A DNA stretch of 64,000 nucleotides from positions 1 through 64,000 of the forward strand of contig CAXHJY010001342.1 in NCBI GenBank assembly GCA_964016885.1. The letters run 5' to 3'. Position 1 is the stretch's first letter; each line of letters starts with the position of its first letter. A model generated the notes under the pieces. It had not been told where the DNA came from and did no database searches. It saw only the letters and a list, made by a program, of their open reading frames with translations. Source of the stretch: Eledone cirrhosa (taxonomy: Eukaryota). Below, one piece after another: positions 42,995 to 54,824 of this stretch. The position numbers were made by a program, and so were the translations under genes.

Positions 42995-43395
42995 TCACCA
43001 CCACCACCACCACCATCACTCCACTACCATCACCAGCACCACCACCATCACCACCACCACAATCACCACCACACCACCACCACTACCACCACCATCACCC
43101 CACCACCACCACCACCACCACCATCACCCCACCACCATCACCAGCATCACCACCACCACCATCACCACCACCACCATCACCACCACCACCATCACCACCA
43201 CACCACCACCACTACCACCACCATCACCCCACCACCATCACCACCACCATCACCCCACCACCATCACCAGCACCACCACCACCATCACCGCCACCACCAT
43301 CACCACCACCACCACCACCACCACCATTACCACACCACCACCACTACCACCACCATCATCCCACCACCACCACCACCACCACTACCACCATCACC
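42995..43395. repeat. (CAC)n low-complexity tract
   Basis: Direct reading. Confidence 0.9.
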
Positions 43396-43556
43396 TACCT
43401 CCCCCCACACCTACGATCCCGTCAAGTATGAATGGGCAACGAAGAAGGAAGATGTGGGATACGATATATATATATGCGAGTAGAGCGAACCCCTAAATGC
43501 TTGCTACTCATCTAGCAGAGAGATTCATATGATTTATAGTATTGTGTATCTTGTGA

Positions 43557-43870
43557 AGGTGCATTGACTCAGCGATTAGAGTATTCAACTCCCGATCGTA
43601 ACGTCGATAGTTCGATCCGCGGACCGAGTGGCACCTTGTATCCTAGAGCAAGACACTTCATTTCGTATCTCAGTCCATTCAATTGGCAAAAAAGTATTGT
43701 ACCTATAATTCTATAGACCAGCCTTGTCATACTGAATCTACTTGAGAACTATTTTAAGGGTGTTCGTAGCTGTGAAGTGCTCAGCCATTTACAAGTTAAT
43801 TTCACGAACAGGCAATCCCGTTCATTGAATCAACTGGAGCACTCGTCGTCAAAAACGACGGATGTCCAAA
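43557..43870 (+). mobile_element. Degenerate tRNA-derived SINE, family of 11850-12140
   Basis: Box A-like TGACTCAGCGATTAGAG, box B-like AGTTCGATCC, then GAGCAAGACACTTCATTTC. Confidence 0.6.
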
Positions 43871-44071
43871 AACAAAAATATGCTGCAGTTATATAGGAAT
43901 ATTACATACGATCTTGTTGCTTTTGGTTTTTAGCCTCTGGTTATTTTTAATCAAGTGGACGTATACTCCAAAACTTTCTAACCGAAATGGTACAGTATAT
44001 CTTTGAAACAGTGTATCTATGGACATATCATCCAATATGTTCTTCGTTTTCCGACGACACAGGTTTGTGAT

Positions 44072-44168
<97 letters not shown>

Positions 44169-44710
44169 GGGTGTTATTTCTAGCAGATAGAGACCACTTA
44201 AAGGCTCCCTTGTTGGTCCTCAGTTCAATGTAACAAGCCGGGAATGCTAGTTTATCCCGTTTTCTCTGTACATTAGTAAGCTGTGTTGCTGTCTACAGGT
44301 CAAAGGAATACATTGTATATTATTTGATAGCTAAGCTTTGTTATTACTATGATAGGAATCAGTGTAGCGTGTTTATTGTTCAAGTTGGTTGTTATTGCAT
44401 TGAATTATCTTTTATATAATCAGTGCTACACAACATATGGTACTGATTTGAAAGAATTATGAATAGTATGTTATTAGTAGAAATGATGTTACTTTATTGA
44501 AAAATCCCTCGCTGAGATTTTATGTTACCAGTTGCATTTTAATATACAGAAATTCATTCATATAAATTGAGCTGTACAATTAACGTTCTCCCATTGCGTT
44601 GTTTACGTTATGCTATTGAATTGAAATAGTTCTTGGGTGATTTTCTGATGAATGTTCACCATGCGAAAGCAATGATATTCATTGAAATATGTAAAAATAT
44701 ATCCGAATAC

Positions 44711-44936
44711 ACCGTATTTTCTGTCGTCGAAGACGCTACTTTTTTCCTAAAATAAGTCTAAAAAATCTACTATGCGTCCTGGAGGACGAAGGGTGTTTAT
44801 TACAGTAATTGTTTTTACTACTAAAGATGATGCACCATATGCTTCAAGAATTTTATACAATGACTAATAATGTTAATGGTAATTTTTTGTCTTGCAAACT
44901 CTCAATGATTCTCCTCAGTGCAAAAGGAAATACGGT
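44711..44936. mobile_element. Putative pogo/Tc1-mariner MITE
   Basis: Termini ACCGTATTTTC ... GAAATACGGT(A) with internal AAGACGC/GCGTCC motifs typical of TACCGTATTTTC-type pogo TIRs. Confidence 0.5.
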
Positions 44937-46156
44937 AATTATGAATTACTTTCGTTTTGATTTTTGCAAAATGTTATGTTATCATTAAGGCAGTCAGGTT
45001 TCAGAATCCTTACCAAACTCTATACTTTGATTTGAAACTCTGCTGGGGTCAACATTACCTTTCATCATTTTGGGGTTGATAAGTCCAGGTTGGTGGATTG
45101 TTAAAGTTGCAAGAGCGTCTCCGTATTTTCTCCATAATTTACATATTTCAAAGTTAATGTGTTTCAACTAAGGTATGTTACTAACTAACTGAAATTCATA
45201 TCTCAACTTCAAAGAATAGAGAACACTATGAGAATATAAATTTCTGTTTAATTTTGATGTTTCCTTAAACACGTGGTATGGTATTGCTCACTCTCCTTGT
45301 CACTCTACTTTGCCATATATCAGTGTATTACACGCGTATCCGTGTTTGTAATATATTTCGGCTTGCTTGCGTAACAGATTTTCTGTTCTAATTCAGAATA
45401 ACTGTCATTTTATTTACGAAATATAACAATATAATGAGCCACGATTTTAACAATTTAAGCGGTCATGTGAATATATCATGTTTTTGAGAAAAGACGTGAA
45501 TCTGTATTATCTATTGCTATGTTGACTACACAGTTTACCATTGCCATTAGTCTATTACTTGCAGCATCTGTTTTTACAACAGTACAAGATCGATGTTTGA
45601 AGTAGCTGTAACAGTATAATTTGGTTTCAAAGTAAAGTCTACAGCCTTTAGGCCCTCGTTTGCTTTCATGTATGTTTACGTCTACTCTACTAGACCAGTT
45701 GAATACTAACTATTGAGACGAGTTTTATTCTCTTAGCTGTGTTTTACTTAGTAGTTTTAAATTACTTATTCATGTCTTTTAAGATATATTATGTTATTTT
45801 TTATTTATTTATACCTTTGACTTTTCACTCTATTTCGATTGAATATTCAATTTAAGTTTATTATTATCTATTCTTATTTCGTTATTTTCTTGTCCAATGT
45901 CATTTTGTTTTCTATATTTTGTTGTTTATATTCTCAGCGGTCTCTACTTTATACCCTTTCTAAATATTCTTACAGAACCCAGTCAGTTGAATCTTTGAAA
46001 CTTTCTTATTTGTATGTAGCCACTTTATCCCAGTATATCTGACAGCTCCATTTGATAACAGCTTTTAAATGAAAGGTTCTAAATGTCAAAAGTTACAGTT
46101 TTGTTTTGTATTCCTTTCCATCAAAGATTACCATTTCCAATTATATTTACGATTAC

Positions 46157-46444
46157 ATTAAATCTGTAGTCTATAGACAAATTGTGTATATCACTATATT
46201 CACTACCCTATTTCGAGAATTATATTTAATATTAAAGATTAGCTCTCATTGAAGATAGGGGAGTGTTATAAATGATAGAACACGTTACCAACTACATGAC
46301 TGTACTCTCTATTTTATTCTCCTTCTTTCACCCATGTAAGACCAGTAAAATAAACACCAGTTTTACCGGTGAATTTCACATTAAGTAAATCTTTACTCTA
46401 CAAAGGGTATATGACAATATAATACATAAACGTGAATTTAAATA
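46157..46444 (+). repeat. Left arm of a ~285 bp inverted repeat (partner 50291-50573)
   Basis: Reverse-complement match with few substitutions or indels. Confidence 0.9.
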
Positions 46445-46510
46445 AACAGTACTAAGTGACAAGATAGAATATAGTGTCAGATGGCACGGTGCTTTGTAGT
46501 TGTACACTTT

Positions 46511-46601
46511 AAAATATTGATATAAAATATTGATATAAAATATTGATATAAAATATTGATATAAAATATTGATATAAAATATTGATATAAAATATTGATA
46601 T
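46511..46601. repeat. Perfect tandem repeat (AAAATATTGATAT) x7
   Basis: 13-bp unit counted directly. Confidence 0.92.
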
Positions 46602-47810
46602 AAAATCATTAAACGATGCTGCAAAGCATGGCGTCCGACCCCCTACTGATAATGCCAAACTAATAATAATAATTGTTTCTACTTTTGGCACTAGGCCAGC
46701 AATTATCCCAGTGTATTACTGGTATTTTATTTTAATGATAATAATGATAAAAAGGACGATTTGTTATGTCTTCATTACGTTTATTGAGTAGTGACGCGCG
46801 TTTCGCTATAAATAAGCTCATGGTTCGATCTGTATCGATCTAGCCGAACTCTGGAATCAAAAGCTCCTCGGTTCTCTGCTGTGGTAATGTCATTCATCAG
46901 AAGAAAGAATGAGAAATTAGAAAGATTGAAGGGAGAGGCAGGGCGGAATCGGAAAAAAATTATGTTTTTAGTGAAAAATAACACGCCCATTCATGTTGCC
47001 ATCTATTATGCATGCGTGTGTGTCGACATGTGCATGTGAGGTAACCTTTTCCTCTGTGTGTTTGTGTTTGTACAGACATATAAATATATCATTTGAATAT
47101 TTTGATTGAATTCTCTTAATATCTACATAACTATATACAGTGTTGTCAGAATATTCTTTGTCAAATCATTTTAATGTAACTCAATATAGACGAGGATCAA
47201 GAATTTTTGAAAATTACCTGAACTTTGACCAATGGAAAGAAGTATCAAAAGAAAAAGTAAGCTAAATATATACGAAAAATACGAATATTCATTTCGTCTA
47301 CTATATTTCAAATGATGCGAGTTTCGTATAGGTTCGAAACATGTATCTTGTTCCATTTTACATATCCTTTTATTATGAGGAACATAAAAAGAAAAGAAAA
47401 AGAAAAAATATGAAATATATCATGATATATAAATCAATGTTTAACAATAATGTTACAAATCTAATATTTTCATCGTTATAACAAGTCTCTTGTAGTTACA
47501 AAAGTTGATATATTTTCTTTATTCATATTGGATGTTTTCAGTTATGGAAGAATCAATTTAGAAAATGCTCATATATATATGTGAAACTAACTATATACTA
47601 TTCAATGAAAAAGATTAATTTTGTGAATACTGTCATCACATATGGTGCATCACAAATACAATTCATTGCACTGATAAACACATGTAACCTACAAATATAC
47701 ACATGACATCTACTGAGTGACATATACACACATGCGCACGCACAGACATACACACATATATACATATACATTTGCGTACACACACACATATAGGCATATA
47801 AATACACACA

Positions 47811-47870
<60 letters not shown>

Positions 47871-47873
<3 letters not shown>

Positions 47874-48055
47874 CGAAGGAAATGTGGTGAGGAACCAGAT
47901 GGACCATAACGCACCAAAGTACTCAATACTTAGGGTAGTAGAGTGGGTAATAGGAACGAGTAGGACCCCGACGGCTGAGCTCAAGCCGTTTCGACGGCTA
48001 ATTCTGGATTATCCGTCGAAACGGCTTGAGCTCAGCCGTCGGGGTCCTACTCGTT

Positions 48056-48060
<5 letters not shown>
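47871..48060 (+). mobile_element. TA-embedded short element ending in a perfect 48-bp-arm palindrome
   Basis: 47950-47997 and 48013-48060 are exact reverse complements around a 15-nt loop. Confidence 0.85.
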
Positions 48061-48122
<62 letters not shown>

Positions 48123-48130
48123 CTGAGATG

Positions 48131-48340
48131 TGAGAAAAACCACAGACCCTCCATCTCAACTCTATTTTTAAAAAGCAGAAGAACTGCGAAACCGGTAAAG
48201 GAACCAAATAAATATATATATTCAAAAAAATATAAGACTCCAGTTGCATTTTCGATTTCATCTTTTTTTCTTTATACATTCACTCGTGTAGGACACCTCG
48301 GTTATTTTTCATTTTGTAAAAAAAAACCTCACTTTCTAAT
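48131..48340 (+). repeat. Copy of the 25292-25500 pseudo-LTR-like repeat in opposite orientation, within (TA)n
   Basis: Direct reverse-complement similarity. Confidence 0.8.
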
Positions 48341-48343
48341 ATA

Positions 48344-48443
<100 letters not shown>

Positions 48444-48545
48444 TAAGATGTATGGTAGGACGTATGTGAATCGCGATGATCACGTCTGACTTACCAAATA
48501 TGTGACGGTAGCTAGTTAAGCTCTATGCGTATACGCAGAGCAGAA

Positions 48546-50212
48546 ATATTAGTGAAAAAGAACAAAGGAACTATTATGACATTATAACAAGTTTATTGCC
48601 GACAGCCGTTTCGTCCGACCCCATGGTGGGACTTATCAAGGCATATAACATGTGATTGCAAGATCATTGTTTACATCAACGTATCACTCAAGGCTAGCAG
48701 TTTGAAATTGTTGTATACATCAGCAACTCCGCTTTAAGGGGGGCTCTTTTATATTAGTTGTCGGGGTCAGGGATTGAAGTTTAAAAATTAGACAAAAATA
48801 TATAATTCACGCATCAACATTAAACCAAGAGACTTGGGGTCCCGTAGAAGCACCTCAGAAAATCCCTCAATGAGTGCATAAAGCTTACAGGCTCGAATAC
48901 ACCTATTAGTCTAGAAGAAAATTAAGAGGCTAATAAAATAAGAAAATAAAAATATAAAGTTTCCCTAAAAAATATATAGAGTTCCTATAAAATTTCTTCT
49001 AGAGAAAAAAATTTTTTCCGAAGAAAAAAACCTTCTTCCCCCGAGATCACCTTTACAAAATTCAGAAAACTGAATTGAAAACTAGGTTGAAAGAAACTAA
49101 TCAATTAGAGGTTAATTCAGAGAGCCTTCCATAAATCTCTCAGAAAAGGCCCCTTTACTATTTCCAATAGGAACTTCCTCCGAGAGACCCCTCGAAGAAT
49201 TAAAATTTTAGAGAGCCTTTGAGGATAAATATAAAAACGAATTGTGGAAAAATTATACATTAAAAGTTAAAAATTAAAAATTACGGTATTTGGGATATCC
49301 GAGGAATTTTCAAAGGGCTGCTTCAACAGATACAACCTAGGCATAATAGGTACAATAATCTAAGCAATTTAAGCAATTTAATTAGGGAGCAATTCAAGGA
49401 GTTTATCAAGTTGGGCAAGATTAAAGAAAGTGGGTAACTAAGAAAATACATAAGCAAAAAGACAATAATCATAAAATGTATCTTTAAGAAGGTACAAGGT
49501 AGCTTCAGTGATCTAACCCTGTATTATCACAAAAAAACATTCTAAAATTATTGATACAGGATTAAAAATTATTACAAAATCATTACAAAATTACCACAAA
49601 ATCATTACAAGATTATCGAATCATCACAAAATTACCACAAAATCATTACAAAACTATCAAATATCATAAAATTATCGCAAAATTATTACAAAATTATCAT
49701 AAAATTATTGCAAAAATATAACAGGATGAACATTACTGGTGACCGTGTGGGGCGCGATATCCATTCTGCCTATGCAGTCCCCTGCACAGCTCCAGGCACG
49801 ATATCCACTAGGCGTAAGCAGTCATCTGCATAGCTCCAGGCGCAGCTGGTCTTGTTTAAAACGTTCATAGATCACCTGGGGTTCACTATTATCTGCGTGG
49901 ACTCTTCTGAGGTGCTTCTACGGGACCCCAAGTCTCTTGGTTTAATGTTGATGCGTGAATTATATATTTTTGTCTAATTTTTAAACTTCAATCCCTGACC
50001 CCGACAACTAATATAAAAGAGCCCCCCTTAAAGCGGAGTTGCTGATGTATACAACAATTTCAAACTGCTAGCCTTGAGTGATACGTTGATGTAAACAATG
50101 ATCTTGCAATCACATGTTATATGCCTTGATAAGTCCCACCATGGGGTCGGACGAAACGGCTGTCGGCAATAAACTTGTTATAATGTCATAATAGTTCCTT
50201 TGTTCTTTTTCA

Positions 50213-50219
<7 letters not shown>
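48546..50219. mobile_element. Non-coding element with 315-bp inverted terminal repeats, probable non-autonomous Penelope-like derivative
   Basis: 48546-48860 and 49905-50219 are near-perfect reverse complements; each contains a hammerhead motif; right end abuts (TA)n. Confidence 0.8.
50121..50169 (+). ncRNA. Type I minimal hammerhead ribozyme, variant core UUGAUAA (mirror copy ~48596-48644 on -)
   Basis: TGCC-TTGATAA-GTCC-caccatggggtc-GGAC-GAAAC-ggct-GTC^GGCA: stems I, II and III and a GUC site are present; AATAAA follows. Confidence 0.7.
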
Positions 50220-50282
<63 letters not shown>

Positions 50283-50290
50283 TGTATATA

Positions 50291-50573
50291 TATTTAAACT
50301 CACGTTTATGTATTATATTGTCATATACCCTTTGTAGAGTAAAGATTTACTTAATGTGAAATTCACCGGTAAAACTGGTGTTTATTTTACTGATCTTACA
50401 TGGGTGAAAGAAGGAGAATAAAATAGAGAGTACAGTCATGTAGTTGGTAACGTGTTCTATCATTTATAACACTCTCCTATCTTCAATGAGAGCTAATCTT
50501 AATATTAAATATAATTCTCGAAATAGGGTAGTGAATATTTATACACAATTTGTCTATAGACTACAGATTTAAT
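50291..50573 (-). repeat. Right arm of the ~285 bp inverted repeat (partner 46157-46444)
   Basis: Reverse-complement match. Confidence 0.9.
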
Positions 50574-50587
50574 ATATATCTATCTAT

Positions 50588-50947
50588 CTAAGGCGGGTAA
50601 AATTCCCGAGATCTATGGACGAGTTCTCTCCAGCGGTCTCTGTCCCTCATTATCGCTGCCATATCCTGCATCTCCAACAGACCAGTGTCTGTCCTTAGGG
50701 CATCAACATATGTTAACCTTGGTCTTCCTCTTCTAGTGTGTCCATGTAGGGGCTCCCAAAGGAGCACTGAGTGCAATGTCAACTCCGGATGTCGGTGAGC
50801 ATGTCCAGCCAACCTCAGTCTCCTCTGTGTCACTTTTGAGCTGACTTTTGGGATGCTCCCATACAACTCTGAGTTTTTCATCCTCAGTGTATACTGATTA
50901 ATGTTCAGAGCCATCCTCAGCATTCTCGTGTAGCACCCATCCACCAT
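50588..50947 (-). pseudogene. 3' fragment of an RTE/RTEX-clade LINE ORF
   Basis: DGCYTRMLR..RRLRLAGHAHRH..LLWEP..RRGRPRLTYVD..DRDRWR is the characteristic RTE-group C-terminus; short TAGA/TA tail after the stop. Confidence 0.85.
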
Positions 50948-51641
50948 CTGAGTGAGTTAATATATATATATGCGTGTATATATATATATATATATATAGG
51001 TATATGCACCAAAACTTCTATGCACATAGAAGCTCACAATTCATACATTCAGGCACAACCAATTCCACATATAGACACACTCGTCATAAACACTCATATA
51101 TTATACATGTCTGAAACACAGACACAATACAAATAAATAAACATTGTATAAACATTTATGCGCGCACGAATCTAATATATTTCTGTAAAAAAATCTTGAA
51201 TGGTATTACATTAAACAATAGAAAATAGACTAGTGGTCAACTGTGAACTATAATAGAATCGACTTTTCTGTTGTTATCTCAGAATGCACCAAACTCATTC
51301 CTATCAGACAGCCATGCTGATATTTTTAACGTACAATCTCGTTCATATCATAGTCATTTATATTATATATAAATGACTATGATATGAATGTAGGAGGGTA
51401 TATTGTATATTCCATTGTATTGATAACTATATAAAAGGAACACGTGGAGTGAAAGAAAAATACACAGCTTGCGTATAAACATATTTATATAACAGGACTG
51501 TAGAAGAGATAAAATTAATTAAATCTGATACTTCCTTCTCTCCAGTTTCCATATAATATACACCATTTTTTTCCTTTTCCCCCAAAACGCCCCTTTGTTT
51601 TCTTTTATTCTTTCTAGATCTCTTCCTCTTCTCTTCCCTTC

Positions 51642-51675
51642 TTTCTGATGAAGGATTTATGCCTGAAACGTAAAA
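51642..51675 (+). ncRNA. Canonical minimal type I hammerhead ribozyme (Penelope pseudo-LTR type)
   Basis: TTT-CTGATGA-AGG-atttatg-CCT-GAAACGTA^AAA, palindromic ACGT stem III. Confidence 0.65.
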
Positions 51676-51764
51676 TACATTGAAGCGTTAATCTAATAAC
51701 ATTCACCGTACGTGCTTTATTTAAAATCTTTTCTGAATGCTTTTGAGATTTCACTATATATAAA

Positions 51765-51844
<80 letters not shown>

Positions 51845-52010
51845 GTAGGTCTGTGTGCATGTGTGTGTGTATCTCTATGTTTACTCTTGTGTTTGTGTTT
51901 GTGTTTACTTAGCTCTGTAACTTAGCGATTCGATAAAAAAGAGGTCGTTAAAATAAGTATAAAGGTCGATATGATTGACTAAATCGACTAAATCATGACG
52001 TTGCCCCCCA

Positions 52011-52047
<37 letters not shown>

Positions 52048-52191
52048 CATATTTTATACTTATTTTAACGACTTCTTTTTTATTTACATAGATAAGTAAA
52101 CACAAACAGAAGAGTAAACATAGTAATACACACACACATGCACACACACTTACATATATATGCACCATATAACTTTCTATATTCTACAAAA

Positions 52192-52245
<54 letters not shown>

Positions 52246-52460
52246 GTACACCTGATTACACTATAAAAAACTCTATAAATGTAAACATATACAAGAACGT
52301 ACATCTGTTTCTAAATGTTGCAAGACAAATTCTAAGCCTCTAAATAATACATCTGTCTAGTGTTTTAGTTGGTTTAAAAACATTACTTTATATTTTGAGT
52401 GTTTTTCGTTTGGAGAGCTTTTTACTTCTACTTTACAGATTTGTGTTGTTTTTTCACAAA

Positions 52461-52616
52461 TTCTTCTTCTTCTTCTTCTTCTTCTTCTTCTTCTTCTTCT
52501 TCTTCTTCTTCTTCTTCTTCTTCTTCTTCTTCTTCTTCTTCTTCTTCTTCTTCTTCTTCTTCTTCTTCTTCTTCTTCTTCTTCTTCTTCTTCTTCTTCTT
52601 CTTCTTCTTCTTCTTC
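52461..52616. repeat. Perfect (TTC)52 tract abutting the 5' end of Tx1 copy 1
   Basis: Counted directly. Confidence 0.95.
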
Positions 52617-52692
52617 CATTATTTGGCCCTTCGGGGTTAAATAACCAGTTATTGGGGTTTTGTACCCAAAATTTCATTTTAAACAAAAAAAC

Positions 52693-54789
52693 ATGGCTAC
52701 CAAAAAGAAATTTCATACGTCACTCCCACTCATTCCGTCTTCTTCTTCCTCAATCATCACTACAGCAGAGAGAAGATTGTCTCTCTCCCTCCCTTCTTTA
52801 AATGTGTCTCTCTCCCTCCCTTCTCTTTCGCAAGCGGCGAAAGAAAAGAAAAGTCTCGTGCAAAGCGTGCAAGGTTTCTCCACGACGACGACGACAGCGA
52901 CGAAACAGGTGTGCGGGAAACACGAAAACCCAGTTCATTCGTCTGACGTCAGGAATAATAGCAGTAGCAGCCGTAATAACAACAGCAACAGTGACAATGA
53001 AAACAACAGTAGCAGCCGCAACAGCATCACCAGCAGCATAAACAACAACAGCATTAGCAGCAGCAACACCAACAACAACCACAGCAACAGCGGCGGAGGC
53101 AGTAGTCGTAGTACCTGCAGCAACAACAAAAGTACCAGCAGCTCTGACGACAACAACAACAGCAGAGAAAAACCAATCTCATTTGCAGGTATTGCGAAAA
53201 ATTTGGAAACAATCCTCATAACAAATGAGGAATTAGAGGAAGCGAAGAAGATGGTGACAAAGAACGGACACCGAGCAATCTGCAAGGCAGCGAAAAGTTT
53301 TTTCGAAACCCAAGAGCACTGTACGGTCACGTACCGTACAGTAAGTACAAAATCCCGTAGGGTGGAAAGAGCCACAGAGGCCCAAATACAAAAAGCCTTG
53401 GGGTCTGTGTGGCAGAGGAAAACGCACATCACCCGAGGCAAAAAATACGCCACCGTAGACGTACTTTTTGCCACACCCCAGGAGGCAAAGGTCCAATCAG
53501 TAGTGACCCTAAGGAGCGAGGAAATGGTGTTGGTGCCCTCCTACTGCGGGCAAAAAATTGTGAGGGTCAAACTGACCCACGTCCCCCCCGGAATGACCCC
53601 TTCTTGGCTGGCCGCGTCTGTCCTCGTCGGAATCGAGGACAAAACAACTGTACTGCAAGTACAGAAAAAAGTAAGAGAAGATTGGGTCGGCTCCTCCATT
53701 GAGATGCTAATCCAAACCAACCAGGAGTGCATCGAAGCTATCCCGGATGTGATAGACTTCGATAACGGCACTCAACTGCCCATAAGTGTTGAGGGCAAAC
53801 GCCCGAAATGCTTTCGCTGTGGATCGAAGACTCACCTCAGGGCCTTCTGCAACGAGAAGACCCTGAGAAAGGAGAAAACCCCCCTCCTTCCGAATCCGGC
53901 TCCACGGCTACCAGCAACAGGACAAGCGGCAACCAGGAACGATAGGTCCGTGGCACCCATACCCACTCCACGGAAATCAAAGACAGCAGCAGCAGTGGAA
54001 ATATTAACAACAACAACAGCAATACCAAATGCAGCTGCAACAGAGACTCCAGTGCAAACATCACCAACAACAACAAGTGAAAGAGTGGAGCTGGTACCCC
54101 TCCCCGACCTTACAGAATCAGACATGGAGTGTGAGGTGGGAGAGGGATGGCAAAAGGTCTCAAGAAGGCACAAACGCAGAAGCAGCGCATCGTCGCCTTT
54201 GAAAAGGGAGGAAAGAAATGAGAAAAGGGTAAAGTCTACTGCAAAGAGACCCACAGCAGCAACACCACCAACACCATCACCACCCACACCAGCACCACCA
54301 TCACCACCGGCGACAACCCCACCGCCAACAACACCTTCAACACCACCACCACAAGCACCAACATCGCAAACACAACAACAAAACACACACACCCAGCAAC
54401 AACGACAAGAAAATAGCAGAACCACACCCCACCCCCAGAAAAACAAATGCACGGCAATAAACACACACAACAAGAAACTAATGACTTACATAATTGAACA
54501 CACAGACATTTCACAACAGGACTACATAATACCAGCACCAATCAAAACGCCAACTAACATAAGACTGCTAAAAATAGCACAGAAACAATACACAAACATT
54601 AAAACGAAATTCCCCAACGCAGTTGGTGATTTCAGGGACCTAGGAGGAACCATCAATCGAAGAGTATATTCAGACATTCTCTTAGAAGAGCCGACGACCA
54701 GCCGAAGGGACGATTCAACGGTCCCTTCACCAGACGATCAAGTGAAAAGGGATGTAAAAACCATCCCTCCTCTACCAAAAGTACGGTAA
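52693..54789 (+). CDS. ORF1 nucleic-acid-binding protein with a CCHC zinc knuckle (698 aa from first ATG)
   Basis: CFRCGSKTHLRAFC (CX2CX4HX4C); GWQKVSRRHKRR motif; S/N-rich and P/T-rich disordered segments; ATG in AACATGG context. Confidence 0.9.
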   Translation: MATKKKFHTSLPLIPSSSSSIITTAERRLSLSLPSLNVSLSLPSLSQAAKEKKSLVQSVQGFSTTTTTATKQVCGKHENPVHSSDVRNNSSSSRNNNSNSDNENNSSSRNSITSSINNNSISSSNTNNNHSNSGGGSSRSTCSNNKSTSSSDDNNNSREKPISFAGIAKNLETILITNEELEEAKKMVTKNGHRAICKAAKSFFETQEHCTVTYRTVSTKSRRVERATEAQIQKALGSVWQRKTHITRGKKYATVDVLFATPQEAKVQSVVTLRSEEMVLVPSYCGQKIVRVKLTHVPPGMTPSWLAASVLVGIEDKTTVLQVQKKVREDWVGSSIEMLIQTNQECIEAIPDVIDFDNGTQLPISVEGKRPKCFRCGSKTHLRAFCNEKTLRKEKTPLLPNPAPRLPATGQAATRNDRSVAPIPTPRKSKTAAAVEILTTTTAIPNAAATETPVQTSPTTTSERVELVPLPDLTESDMECEVGEGWQKVSRRHKRRSSASSPLKREERNEKRVKSTAKRPTAATPPTPSPPTPAPPSPPATTPPPTTPSTPPPQAPTSQTQQQNTHTQQQRQENSRTTPHPQKNKCTAINTHNKKLMTYIIEHTDISQQDYIIPAPIKTPTNIRLLKIAQKQYTNIKTKFPNAVGDFRDLGGTINRRVYSDILLEEPTTSRRDDSTVPSPDDQVKRDVKTIPPLPKVR

Positions 54790-54824
54790 GTGGTCTTTCC
54801 CATCTTTTCCACTCTATTTTAAAC

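Noticed and set aside
46511-46601. CRISPR-like array
   Set aside because: Contiguous 13-bp units without spacers, in eukaryotic DNA
52660-52692. ORF1 start at the TTG given in the ORF track
   Set aside because: Eukaryotic context; the first ATG at 52693 (58804 in copy 2) has a good Kozak context
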